This document shows positions 17,915 through 26,316 of a DNA stretch of 35,012 bases, in pieces. Numbering within the stretch: position 1 is the stretch's first letter; every line of letters starts with the position of its first letter. The notes under the pieces are model-generated. The model saw nothing but the letters and a program-made list of their open reading frames with translations, was not told the origin of the DNA and made no database searches. Where the stretch lies: contig DAIEPS010000001.1 in the NCBI GenBank assembly GCA_027348305.1, positions 1 through 35,012 of the forward strand, read 5' to 3'. Source of the DNA: Anaerolineaceae bacterium. GTDB taxonomy: Bacteria; Chloroflexota; Anaerolineae; Anaerolineales; Anaerolineaceae. The position numbers and the translations under genes are program-made.

Positions 17915-18823
17915 ATGCCCTCTGAAGAACGCACCAGTTCAGGTTATCTCCGCATTATCCAGCCGCAGTTGCTTATCTGGGTCTTGTTGACCTATTCCAT
18001 CGGGGTCGGGCTGGTGAAGCTGCAGGGCGGGAACCTTGATTGGGGCAACATTTTGTTTGGCTCTCTGCTAGGCATATTCCTGATCTTGATGCGTGGCTAT
18101 CTTTCCGCCTTTTTTGATCATCCCAACTCACCCACCAGCAGCCTGAACAAAGATGATCCGCGTTATGCACTGCTTAAGGGGATGGAGAGACAAACCCTGC
18201 TGGTGATCGCCATGACACTGTTGACCGCCGGCGCGCTGGATACCGTCTTGTTGATGTTTCGTCACGCGATCAACTTCTCAACCATACTCATCCTCGGCCT
18301 GGGGTTCTTGATCAGTTTCTTTGCTGCCACACCTCCGCTGCAGCTCGATAAAAGGGGATACGGAGAGGTCGGAGAAGCCATATTGATCTGCAACCTGGTG
18401 CCGGCGCTGGGATACTTGTTGAATGAACACAGCCTGCATGTGCTGCTGATCATGTTGACCCTGCCGATCACTTTGCTTTATCTTGCCTTCATGATCGTCA
18501 ATTCGCTTGAGACCTACGCCTTTGACCGCACCCACCGCGTCCAATCCATGGTGGTCAGGCTGGACTGGCTGCGATCCATGCAGGTGCACAATTACCTGGT
18601 GCTGATCGCCTTCCTGTTTGTGGCGGTGTTCGCACTGCTCGGTCAGCCTTGGTCTCTGACCTGGCCGATGTTCCTGCCGCTCTTGATTGGAATTTTCCAG
18701 ATCATCCAGATACAGGGCATCATCAACGGCGCACCTCCGCGCTGGAAGATCCTCAAACTGACCGCGGGGGGGACGTTCGTGGTGATGGCCTACCTCGTTT
18801 CCTTCACCCTTTGGATCTTGTAA
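17915..18823 (+). CDS. Polytopic membrane protein, UbiA/MenA-superfamily-like with degenerate Asp-rich motifs
   Basis: About 8-9 predicted helices. The block NSLETYAFDRTHRVQSMVVRL resembles the second-motif region of MenA-type prenyltransferases, and the first-motif position reads SAFFDHPNS. The family assignment is from memory and is tentative. Confidence 0.45.
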   Translation: MPSEERTSSGYLRIIQPQLLIWVLLTYSIGVGLVKLQGGNLDWGNILFGSLLGIFLILMRGYLSAFFDHPNSPTSSLNKDDPRYALLKGMERQTLLVIAMTLLTAGALDTVLLMFRHAINFSTILILGLGFLISFFAATPPLQLDKRGYGEVGEAILICNLVPALGYLLNEHSLHVLLIMLTLPITLLYLAFMIVNSLETYAFDRTHRVQSMVVRLDWLRSMQVHNYLVLIAFLFVAVFALLGQPWSLTWPMFLPLLIGIFQIIQIQGIINGAPPRWKILKLTAGGTFVVMAYLVSFTLWIL

Positions 18824-18905
18824 ATTCCACCTGGCTGAAATGACGAAAATCTAATATTTTTACAACATGGAATAGGTATAATCAGGTAAGAATTGGAGGA
18901 ATAAA

Positions 18906-19358
18906 ATGATCCCTGAAAAATCTCCTGCACCTGATTTTACACTTCTGGACGAAACCGGCACAGCACACAAATTATCTGACTACCGCGGCAAGGATGTGGT
19001 CCTTTACTTTTATCCGAAAGATGACACCCCGGGCTGCACCACTGAAGCCTGCGCTTTTAGAGACGATTACTCTGACTATGAAAAAGCCGGTCTCGTGATC
19101 CTCGGTCTCAGCGCTGACAGCCCCAAATCCCACTTAAAATTTAAGAACAAATATCATTTGCCCTTCACCCTGCTTTCGGATGAAGATCACAAAATCTGCG
19201 AACAATATGGTGTCTGGGCAAAAAAGAAAATGATGGGCCGGGAATACATGGGTATCTTGCGCACCACATACCTGATCTCAAAAGAAGGGCTGATCAAGAA
19301 AGTGTTTGAAGAGGTAAAACCGGCGGGCCACAGCAAAGAAATATTGGCTGCAATTTAG
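18906..19358 (+). CDS. bcp: Thioredoxin-dependent thiol peroxidase (Bcp / peroxiredoxin Q)
   Basis: Has YFYPKDDTPGCTTEAC, with the peroxidatic and resolving Cys five residues apart. GGAGGA Shine-Dalgarno upstream. Confidence 0.9.
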   Translation: MIPEKSPAPDFTLLDETGTAHKLSDYRGKDVVLYFYPKDDTPGCTTEACAFRDDYSDYEKAGLVILGLSADSPKSHLKFKNKYHLPFTLLSDEDHKICEQYGVWAKKKMMGREYMGILRTTYLISKEGLIKKVFEEVKPAGHSKEILAAI

Positions 19359-19364
19359 TTAAAC

Positions 19365-19397
19365 AAAAACTCGGATGAAGAATCATCCGAGTTTTTC
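19365..19397. terminator. Bidirectional terminator between bcp and rsfS
   Basis: AAAAACTCGGATGA-agaa-TCATCCGAGTTTTT, with an A-run upstream and a T-run downstream. Confidence 0.8.
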
Positions 19398-19399
19398 AA

Positions 19400-19705
19400 T
19401 TATTGCAGGCTGACCAACCGTTTGCCTTTTTCCCAGAGCTGTTCAAGGCTGTAATACTTGCGTTGGTCTGGTGAGAAGAAATGTACCACTACATCTTGCA
19501 GATCAGCGATCATCCATCCGGTGCGCGAGTCGCCTTCGACGGTGATCGGCTGATTGAATTCACTTTTCGCATATTCTCTTAAAGTGGTGGATAACGCATC
19601 CAACATGCGGTCACTTGTGCCGTTGCAGATGATGAAATAGCTGGTAAATGATGAAACCTCTTGAATGTCGAGGAGGACGATCTTTTCAGCTTTTTTCTCC
19701 TCCAA
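19400..19705 (-). CDS. rsfS: Ribosome silencing factor RsfS (iojap family)
   Basis: Has EEKKAEKIVLLDIQEVSSFTSYFIICNGTSDRMLDAL and VVHFFSPDQRKYYSLEQLW. Confidence 0.85.
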   Translation of the reverse strand: MEEKKAEKIVLLDIQEVSSFTSYFIICNGTSDRMLDALSTTLREYAKSEFNQPITVEGDSRTGWMIADLQDVVVHFFSPDQRKYYSLEQLWEKGKRLVSLQ

Positions 19706-19793
19706 AAAATTAATTATCGCTCGTGCTTTTGCTAATGCTTCCAGAAGACACCTCTTTTCAATAGTGGTAAAAATTCTATCACACCTTTTGAGT

Positions 19794-20372
19794 TTATTTG
19801 AGAATGTGTTTCGAGATGGGGGTGTAGATCGGCCCTCCCGGCTTTAACACGGATTTGAAAAACACAACTTCGTTAACCTTCCAAAGCGGAAGGGTGGAAG
19901 CTGGAAATGCGTCAAATCCTTTCTGAAGCTGTTGAACCTTCCGCGGATCTGCCGTGTCTGATACCCTACACACGGTCAAATGCGGAGAAAAAGGCTTGTC
20001 TTCAGGGAAAAATCCAAGCTCACCCAGGGCGGCATCCAATTGTTGAAAGAGGCTATCCAATTCGATGCTCTTATTGAGTCCCATCCACAGCGTGCGCGCT
20101 TTGCGCCAGTTTGGAAAAGCTCCTGTTCCAATGAACTGAAGCTGAAACGGATGGTTATCAACCACGACACGGCTTATCGCCCTGGATACTTCTTGTGCCT
20201 GGGTTTGAGTGATATCCCCCAGGAATTTCAAAGTCAGGTGAAGGAGGTCCGGTTTGACCCAACGCAAGCCTGGCGGCTCTGTGGTTTTCAATCCACTCTC
20301 AAAAGAGGCGATCGTCCCCTTGAGTTCAGGGGCAAGTTCGATTGCAATAAAGGCTCGAAGTTTATCTTCCAT
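19794..20372 (-). CDS. thpR: RNA 2',3'-cyclic phosphodiesterase ThpR (2H phosphoesterase, LigT-like)
   Basis: Two HxT motifs (HLTLKFLG and HLTVCRV) at the spacing typical of the 2H superfamily. Confidence 0.85.
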   Translation of the reverse strand: MEDKLRAFIAIELAPELKGTIASFESGLKTTEPPGLRWVKPDLLHLTLKFLGDITQTQAQEVSRAISRVVVDNHPFQLQFIGTGAFPNWRKARTLWMGLNKSIELDSLFQQLDAALGELGFFPEDKPFSPHLTVCRVSDTADPRKVQQLQKGFDAFPASTLPLWKVNEVVFFKSVLKPGGPIYTPISKHILK

Positions 20373-20448
20373 ATTCCATTTTTATCATAGTTTTTGGTTC
20401 TTGACCTTTCAACCCATTGATTTATGTCTACCTTTTTTTTTCGATTGG

Positions 20449-20457
20449 TGGTATAAG
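20449..20457 (+). promoter_or_regulatory. Extended -10 element (TGgTATAAG) upstream of the candidate 6S RNA
   Basis: TGG-TATAAG lies 7-10 nt before the first base of the long closing helix. There is no good -35. Confidence 0.35.
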
Positions 20458-20461
20458 ACAG

Positions 20462-20642
20462 TTACCCTGCTGTGCTCGTGATGTTGTAACATCGGTTTTG
20501 AGCCAACACTTTAAAAAAGGATTCCATTTATCATTCGGGCAACGCGATAGGCTTCGGCCAAGGCGACGCCACGGTGGAGGAACCCATCCTGCTTCGGCAG
20601 GTTCAAAACTTTGCAACACACGGCATGGTGGGGTCTTTTATT
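20462..20642 (+). ncRNA. ssrS: Candidate 6S RNA (about 180 nt)
   Basis: A 20-bp closing helix pairs 20465-20486 with 20614-20633 (G-U pairs and two bulges). A second helix pairs GTTTTGAGCC (20495-20504) with GGTTCAAAAC (20600-20609). These flank an A/U-rich single strand (AACACTTTAAAAAA). A small hairpin CCTGC-ttcg-GCAGG lies just 5' of GGTTCAA, and a T-rich tail follows. The UGAGCC...GGUUCAA arrangement and overall size mirror E. coli 6S as I recall it. Confidence 0.5.
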
Positions 20643-20745
20643 CCCTTTTTCGTAATACTCCCCTTTTTCATTCAAACCTGCTGTTGACTTTAGGCCTCCA
20701 GATTGCTAAACTTAATGAACTTATTAGCAGCCAATAGGAGGATTT

Positions 20746-21429
20746 ATGACAAACCTTTATAAACTCATTATTCAAAGCGGCACTGGGATGGGGACCGAAT
20801 ATCCTCTGGAGAAATCTGAATTATTCCTGGGACGGGACCTTTCCAGCGACCTGGTCATTAATGATCCGGAAGTATCACGCCGGCATCTCAGGCTGGTTTT
20901 GGATGGAGCCACTTATCGTATTGAGGATCTCGGAGCCACCAACGGCACCTTCATCCATGGTTTGCGCCTGACAACCCCTGCCTTATTAAAACCGGGCGAG
21001 GTCATCACGCTCGGTGAAAAGATCGTACTGCGCTACGAAGTTGTCTCCAGTGATCCGAACGCCACGGTTGTGGTTCAGCGTGCCGCGGTACCGCCCGTCC
21101 AACAAGTGCAGGCCCCTGTGGTGCCTCCTCCCGCGGCTCAACCGCCTGCTGCCGTACCGGTTTCGGCGCCAGTCATTGCTCCTCCGCCCGCACGTGTTAC
21201 CCCACCGATCTCAGCCGTTCCTGCCTACCAGCAGCCCAACATGCAGGTTCCTCCCGCTGGCGCAGTTCCGAAAAAGAAATCTAAAGCCTTGCTCATCATC
21301 CTGATCCTGGTTGGAATTCTTGTCCTTTTCTGCATCGTGCCTTGGATCATTATCGATCTTACCAACAGCTACTGCAATTTATTCCCGGGCATCTTGAACA
21401 TGCTGATCACCAATGCCTGCCCGGTTTAA
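20746..21429 (+). CDS. FHA-domain protein with a Pro/Ala-rich linker and a C-terminal membrane anchor
   Basis: FHA core reads GRDLSSDLVINDPEVSRRHLRL...GATNGTFIHG. The linker is about 70 aa and rich in P, A and V. The C-terminal helix is ALLIILILVGILVLFCIVPWIII. AGGAGG Shine-Dalgarno upstream. Confidence 0.85.
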   Translation: MTNLYKLIIQSGTGMGTEYPLEKSELFLGRDLSSDLVINDPEVSRRHLRLVLDGATYRIEDLGATNGTFIHGLRLTTPALLKPGEVITLGEKIVLRYEVVSSDPNATVVVQRAAVPPVQQVQAPVVPPPAAQPPAAVPVSAPVIAPPPARVTPPISAVPAYQQPNMQVPPAGAVPKKKSKALLIILILVGILVLFCIVPWIIIDLTNSYCNLFPGILNMLITNACPV

Positions 21430-21449
21430 ACCGAGTTAGTCTTCAATTG

Positions 21450-21489
21450 AACTGGCTTTGCGATATTCAGGCAAAGCCAGTTTATTTTT
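21450..21489 (+). terminator. Rho-independent terminator
   Basis: AACTGGCTTTGC-gatattcag-GCAAAGCCAGTT followed by TATTTTT. Confidence 0.8.
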
Positions 21490-21529
21490 GTGCTTTAATC
21501 TCTTATAATTAATATCGAATGGAGACGGG

Positions 21530-22756
21530 ATGACAATGATGAACAATACAGAAAACCCAACCTCCCCTAATTGGAGCGGCACCGCCAAGTTGGTGGTAGC
21601 TTTGCTCTCTTCCTTGGTTATTATCTATTTGCTCTATCGTTTTAAGGTTTACCTGGCGCCGCTTTTGGTGTCTTTCCTTTTGGCGTATTTATTTCATCCC
21701 CTGGCCAGCTTTATAAATCGACGCTTCAAGATTCCCTGGCGTGTTGTCTCGACCCTGATCTTTGTTTTATTGTTCTTGATCTTAATGGGTTTGTTAACCT
21801 GGGGCGGCATCAGCATTGTGGAACAGGTTCAGAACCTGGTGAATTACCTTCAAAAACTGATCGGTGACTTACCGGCGTTGATCGCAGATCTATCAAGCAA
21901 GCCCCTGATGATAGGTCCATTCAAATTTGACCTTTCTCACCTGGATCTGAATTCGCTGTGGACTCAAGTGCAAGGCGTTGTTTCACCGCTCCTTTCCAAT
22001 TTGGCCAGCTTGATCGGCACCATTGCATCAGGTGCTGCAACCACTGTGGTTGGGTTGATCTTTATCATTTTGATCGCTTACTTCATAATGATCGAGACCG
22101 GCGGTGTGCGTGAAGAGATGTTCAAACTCAACATCCCCGCGTATGAGGTGGATATCAAGAAAATGGGAGACCAGATCGCCAAGATTTGGAATGCGTTCTT
22201 GAGGGGACAGCTCATTGTCATTGGCATTACCATCGTCATCTACACCATCCTGTTAAGCATTTTGGGAGTACGTTATTTCTTCCTTCTTGCACTGTTGGCA
22301 GGTGCAGCCAGGTTTGTACCTTATGTCGGTCCATTCGTCGCATGGACGACCTATGCGCTGGTATCCCTCTTCCAGACCAATTATTTTGGAGTACAGCCCC
22401 TGGTATTTGCACTGATCGTGGTGGGCATCGCCTGGGTCACTGACATGTTGTTGGATAACTTCATCAGTCCGCGCGTGATGTCTAATGCGCTTAAAGTCCA
22501 CCCGGCAGCCGTGTTGGTGATGGTGATCATCTCGGCCAGTCTGTTCGGGTTTGTTGGCGTGCTACTTTCGGCTCCGCTGCTGGCAACTATAAAATTGATC
22601 GCAACCTATGTTAGTCGAAAACTGATGGATCAAGACCCGTGGGAAGGGCTCGAAACGCTGGCTCCACCGATCTCCATCAGGGACTCTTTTAAGAAAATTT
22701 GGAATCGAATTATTCATCTGTTCAAACCCAAGAAAAAAACTGACGAAAAAATCTGA
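21530..22756 (+). CDS. AI-2E family (UPF0118/PerM-like) transporter
   Basis: Eight-helix membrane protein with the family-typical FVPYVGPFVAW and LSAPLLATIKL blocks. Confidence 0.8.
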   Translation: MTMMNNTENPTSPNWSGTAKLVVALLSSLVIIYLLYRFKVYLAPLLVSFLLAYLFHPLASFINRRFKIPWRVVSTLIFVLLFLILMGLLTWGGISIVEQVQNLVNYLQKLIGDLPALIADLSSKPLMIGPFKFDLSHLDLNSLWTQVQGVVSPLLSNLASLIGTIASGAATTVVGLIFIILIAYFIMIETGGVREEMFKLNIPAYEVDIKKMGDQIAKIWNAFLRGQLIVIGITIVIYTILLSILGVRYFFLLALLAGAARFVPYVGPFVAWTTYALVSLFQTNYFGVQPLVFALIVVGIAWVTDMLLDNFISPRVMSNALKVHPAAVLVMVIISASLFGFVGVLLSAPLLATIKLIATYVSRKLMDQDPWEGLETLAPPISIRDSFKKIWNRIIHLFKPKKKTDEKI

Positions 22757-22813
22757 ATTTCCAATTTTACTGATAACCCAAACAAGTTTGTACCAATACA
22801 AAAGGAGAGTACT

Positions 22814-22993
22814 ATGGCAGACGAATATGAACCAAAAGTTGTCACATTAGCAGAAACCGATGGCTATGCAATCTGGTCAGCAGAAGAACCTGACGGCGAG
22901 ACCACCTACAACCTGGAATTGAATAATGTGACCATTCACATGTTCGACGAAGAATGGAAAGAATTCCTGGCCCTGATCAAGAAATTGAAATAA
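22814..22993 (+). CDS. Small acidic hypothetical protein (59 aa), absent from the supplied ORF track
   Basis: Hand translation gives MADEYEPKVVTLAETDGYAIWSAEEPDGETTYNLELNNVTIHMFDEEWKEFLALIKKLK. A strong Shine-Dalgarno AAGGAGAG lies 6 nt upstream and a hairpin lies downstream. The listed antisense ORF 22877-23092 looks spurious. Confidence 0.55.
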   Translation: MADEYEPKVVTLAETDGYAIWSAEEPDGETTYNLELNNVTIHMFDEEWKEFLALIKKLK

Positions 22994-23007
22994 GACTTGC
23001 TCTGACA

Positions 23008-23045
23008 AATACCGGCAGGCATTTGAGCATGCCGGTATTAATTTA
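23008..23045 (+). terminator. Hairpin after the small ORF (weak T-tract)
   Basis: AATACCGGCA-12 nt-TGCCGGTATT followed by AATTT. Confidence 0.4.
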
Positions 23046-23121
23046 ATCGCGGGCAGCCTGCAAAGGGGGTGTAAAATCATTCGTGCAGACATTATTCTTT
23101 ACACACTAAAGGTTATAACCC

Positions 23122-24177
23122 ATGAATCTTGATGACCATGATCAATTTGCATCAGTGGATGAGACGGATATGCTCAGCCAAATTGCCAGTCTGCCGGAGC
23201 AGCTTCAAAAAGCCTGGGATTTGGGTCTTTCACTTCCACTGCCTGGCATGTCGCCGGTCAATCGGGTGGTGATCGCCGGGATGGGTGGTTCAGCCATCGG
23301 CGCTGACTTGCTGGTCTCATTTTTGCTGGATCGCGTCACCGTGCCCGTAACAGTACAGCGGGATTATGGCTTGCCGGCGTACGCATTTGGCCGCGATACC
23401 CTGGTGATCGTTTCTTCTCACTCAGGCAATACTGAGGAATCCATTTCTGTGTTTGAAGCGGCCTGCCGCAGCAACTGCCAGGTGATGGTCATCACCACCG
23501 GCGGAAAGATACTGGCAGATGCGCAATCTGCACGCGTTCCGGTCTGGGTATTTGTGCATGACGGTCAGCCGCGCTCCGCGCTGGGATACACCTTTGGGTT
23601 GCTGCTGGCGCTGTTCGTCCGTCTCGGGCTGGTCTCTGACCAGAGCGCGGATGTGAAACAAACCGTAAGTTTGATGAAAGAACTGCAAAAAAGCATTGGC
23701 GTGAAGGTCCCGGTTAAAAGCAACCCTGCCAAACGCCTGGCTGGGCAGTTGGTCGGCCGTCACATAACCGTGTTTGCCAGCGGATTCATGGCTCCTGTTG
23801 CGAGGCGATGGAAGTGCCAGTTCAATGAATGCGCCAAGACCATCGCCAGTTTCGAATTCCTCCCGGAAGCGGACCATAATACCCTGGCGGGCATTTGCTT
23901 CCCACAAGAGGCGCTGGAAAAAGAAATGGCTGTTTTTCTTCAGGCATCCGCGGATGGAGAACGAAATCAGAAGCGTGTCGTTGAGACCAAACAGATCATG
24001 ATGCTTGAGGGCATCAATACCGATCTGGTTGAAGCCAGGGGTAAAAATCGCCTTGAACAAATGTGGGCGACGGTATTATTCGGTGATTATGTGGCTTATT
24101 ACTTGGCCATGGCGTACGAAGTTGACCCCACTCCTATTGATCCGATCTGGTCATTAAAAGAAATGTTGAGTAAATAA
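23122..24177 (+). CDS. Bifunctional phosphoglucose/phosphomannose isomerase (SIS-domain PGI/PMI family)
   Basis: Has GMGGSAIGADL, VSSHSGNTEES and ITTGG, plus a C-terminal DPTPIDPI block. Size and N-terminus (IASLPEQLQKAW) fit the PGI/PMI family. Confidence 0.8.
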   Translation: MNLDDHDQFASVDETDMLSQIASLPEQLQKAWDLGLSLPLPGMSPVNRVVIAGMGGSAIGADLLVSFLLDRVTVPVTVQRDYGLPAYAFGRDTLVIVSSHSGNTEESISVFEAACRSNCQVMVITTGGKILADAQSARVPVWVFVHDGQPRSALGYTFGLLLALFVRLGLVSDQSADVKQTVSLMKELQKSIGVKVPVKSNPAKRLAGQLVGRHITVFASGFMAPVARRWKCQFNECAKTIASFEFLPEADHNTLAGICFPQEALEKEMAVFLQASADGERNQKRVVETKQIMMLEGINTDLVEARGKNRLEQMWATVLFGDYVAYYLAMAYEVDPTPIDPIWSLKEMLSK

Positions 24178-24283
24178 TTAATTAATTCGCTCCCTTTTTC
24201 TTTTGGTTGAATTGCTTTTTTTGAGCAGCGGGACTAGAATAAAAAACGATGTTATGCATCGAAAAATCATCGATGGATTGGTT

Positions 24284-25072
24284 ATGCATTTTTTTAGAAA
24301 AAGTATTATTACATTCATTGTCATTGCGCTAAGTCTTACAGCATGCAGCAAAGTAAGTGCAACCCAGGGTGCCACGGCACAACCTGAAGTCATCATCCCC
24401 ACTCTACAGACCGAAGCAGTTTTATCTACCCAGCCCCTCCCAACCGAACCTGCCAGTCAACCCACGAGCGTCACAGATAATAATTCCTATTTGCAATGCG
24501 GCCCGGCAGGATTGGTGGATGTCGGTTATTACTTTAAAGATAACAACGGCGATATTTCTCCCACTCAGTACGGACAACTTAAACCAAGTGATGATAATGT
24601 CTCATTTTGGGTGAAAATGATCACTTGTTTGAAACACGATGAAGGGTGGGTCAGCAATCCGGACGAAGTGGTAAATGGCTACGAAAATGAGATCATTTTT
24701 TTTGATAAAAATGGTAAGGCCCATACTTATCGGATTATCATTGGCGGACATTACATTGAGCCTTATGATCCGGCGACCAAAGACATCAAAGCTTCGCTGA
24801 ATGGTGTGGATTACTTTTTCTACAATGTTCAGGAGTGGATTGACGCTACCCGGGATCATTTTCTCTCCAATGGCAATCGTCAAATTGGCGTGGATATTTA
24901 CTACGATGACAATCAAGGTAATCTTTCCAAGGTCTTGACCCAGGTTTACAAATTCCGCGAAACCAATTTGCAAATACTGCAGGCATTGCAAACAGGCGAG
25001 GGTTATCCTGACCAGGTACCGGATGGCTTCTTTTTATTTGCAAATTACTCCTGGTTGATTCAACCGGATTAG
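24284..25072 (+). CDS. Hypothetical lipoprotein (AT-rich gene)
   Basis: MHFFRKSIITFIVIALSLTAC has a basic n-region, a hydrophobic core and a lipobox L-T-A-C. The start at 24284 is preferred over 24254 or the TTG at 24203. No family was recognised for the mature domain. Confidence 0.6.
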   Translation: MHFFRKSIITFIVIALSLTACSKVSATQGATAQPEVIIPTLQTEAVLSTQPLPTEPASQPTSVTDNNSYLQCGPAGLVDVGYYFKDNNGDISPTQYGQLKPSDDNVSFWVKMITCLKHDEGWVSNPDEVVNGYENEIIFFDKNGKAHTYRIIIGGHYIEPYDPATKDIKASLNGVDYFFYNVQEWIDATRDHFLSNGNRQIGVDIYYDDNQGNLSKVLTQVYKFRETNLQILQALQTGEGYPDQVPDGFFLFANYSWLIQPD

Positions 25073-25130
25073 ATCTGCAACTTTCCAATTAAGGAATTGA
25101 CAATTAGAACAGACGTGCTAAAATGGAAGT

Positions 25131-26315
25131 GTGAACTCCGTCCGTTTTAGGAAGATCCTGCATCTTGACCTGGATGCCTTTTTTTGTGCAGTCGAAGAAT
25201 TGAATGATCCTTCACTGGCTGGCAAGGCTTTTGCCGTAGGCGGCAGGGCAGAACACCGGGGAGTGATTTCAACCTGTTCCTACGCGGCGCGCCAATATGG
25301 CATCCATTCTGCCATGCCTACCGGGCAGGCGTTCAAGCTTTGTCCACACTTGCTGCTCATCTCGGGACGGCATAGCAATTACAGCGCCAAATCGCGCGAG
25401 GTGATGGATATTGTGCATCAATTGACCGGGCTGGTCGAACAGGTTTCGGTGGATGAAGCCTTCATGGACGTGACCGACCTGCCTGAAGACGGAGAAACCA
25501 TCGCCCGCCGCCTTCAAGCGGACGTGCTTGAAAAAACCGGTCTTCCTTGCTCGATCGGTGTGGCTAGCAACAAGCTGGTTGCCAAAGTTGCCACAGACAC
25601 CGGAAAAGCCCGTAACAAGGGCAATGGCTACCCCAGGGCCATCCTGGTGGTTCCGCCCGGCCAGGAGGCCGAATTCCTGGCGCCGCTGCCCGTCAAGGCG
25701 ATGTGGGGCGTCGGCCCCAAAATGGAAAAAACACTGCACGATGCGGGGATTCTCACCCTCGGCGACATACCCAAACGCAGCAAGCGTGAGTTGGAACGAC
25801 TCTTTGGCAAATATGGTTATGAGCTTTACGATCATGCGCTGGGCATCGACGACCGGCAGATCTCGCTGGGTCGTGAGGCCAAATCCATGAGCCAGGAGAC
25901 TACCTTTGCCAAAGATGTCAGCGATCCCATGCTTTTACGCCAGACACTCAAAGACCTGTCGGCCCACGTCGGCTACCAGTTGCGGCAGGAGGGCTATTGC
26001 GCCAAGGTAGTGCGTCTCAAGATCCGCTGGTCAGATTTCAGCACTCATACCCGGCAGACATCCCTGGCGCAGCCCACCGACCAGGATGGTGTGATCTATT
26101 CTACGGTTGAAGCGCTTTTTCGATCCATTTGGGAGAACGGAAAACCAGTCAGGCTGATCGGCGTGGGCGGCGCGGACTTGGTGGAGACCTCCCACCAGAT
26201 GTCTTTGTGGGAGACACCCACCGAGAAGGAACGCCGGCTGCTGGATGCACTGGATGACCTGCGCGAACGTTACGGTAAGGGCGCTGTCAAACGCGGACAC
26301 AAACTCGAAAAATGA
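25131..26315 (+). CDS. dinB: DNA polymerase IV (Y-family)
   Basis: Has ILHLDLDAFFCAVEE, SVDEAFMDVT and GVASNKLVAKVATD. GTG start. Confidence 0.9.
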   Translation: MNSVRFRKILHLDLDAFFCAVEELNDPSLAGKAFAVGGRAEHRGVISTCSYAARQYGIHSAMPTGQAFKLCPHLLLISGRHSNYSAKSREVMDIVHQLTGLVEQVSVDEAFMDVTDLPEDGETIARRLQADVLEKTGLPCSIGVASNKLVAKVATDTGKARNKGNGYPRAILVVPPGQEAEFLAPLPVKAMWGVGPKMEKTLHDAGILTLGDIPKRSKRELERLFGKYGYELYDHALGIDDRQISLGREAKSMSQETTFAKDVSDPMLLRQTLKDLSAHVGYQLRQEGYCAKVVRLKIRWSDFSTHTRQTSLAQPTDQDGVIYSTVEALFRSIWENGKPVRLIGVGGADLVETSHQMSLWETPTEKERRLLDALDDLRERYGKGAVKRGHKLEK

Positions 26316-26316
26316 A

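Noticed and set aside
20460-20645. An SRP RNA, RNase P RNA, tmRNA or known riboswitch as the identity of the structured element upstream of the FHA gene.
   Set aside because: I could not find the SRP domain-IV GGAA/AGCA motifs, the RNase P GAGGAAAGUCC block, a tRNA-like CCA end, or the conserved cores of the TPP, SAM, FMN, cobalamin, glycine, c-di-GMP or ZTP riboswitches. The rod-with-bubble architecture fits 6S better.
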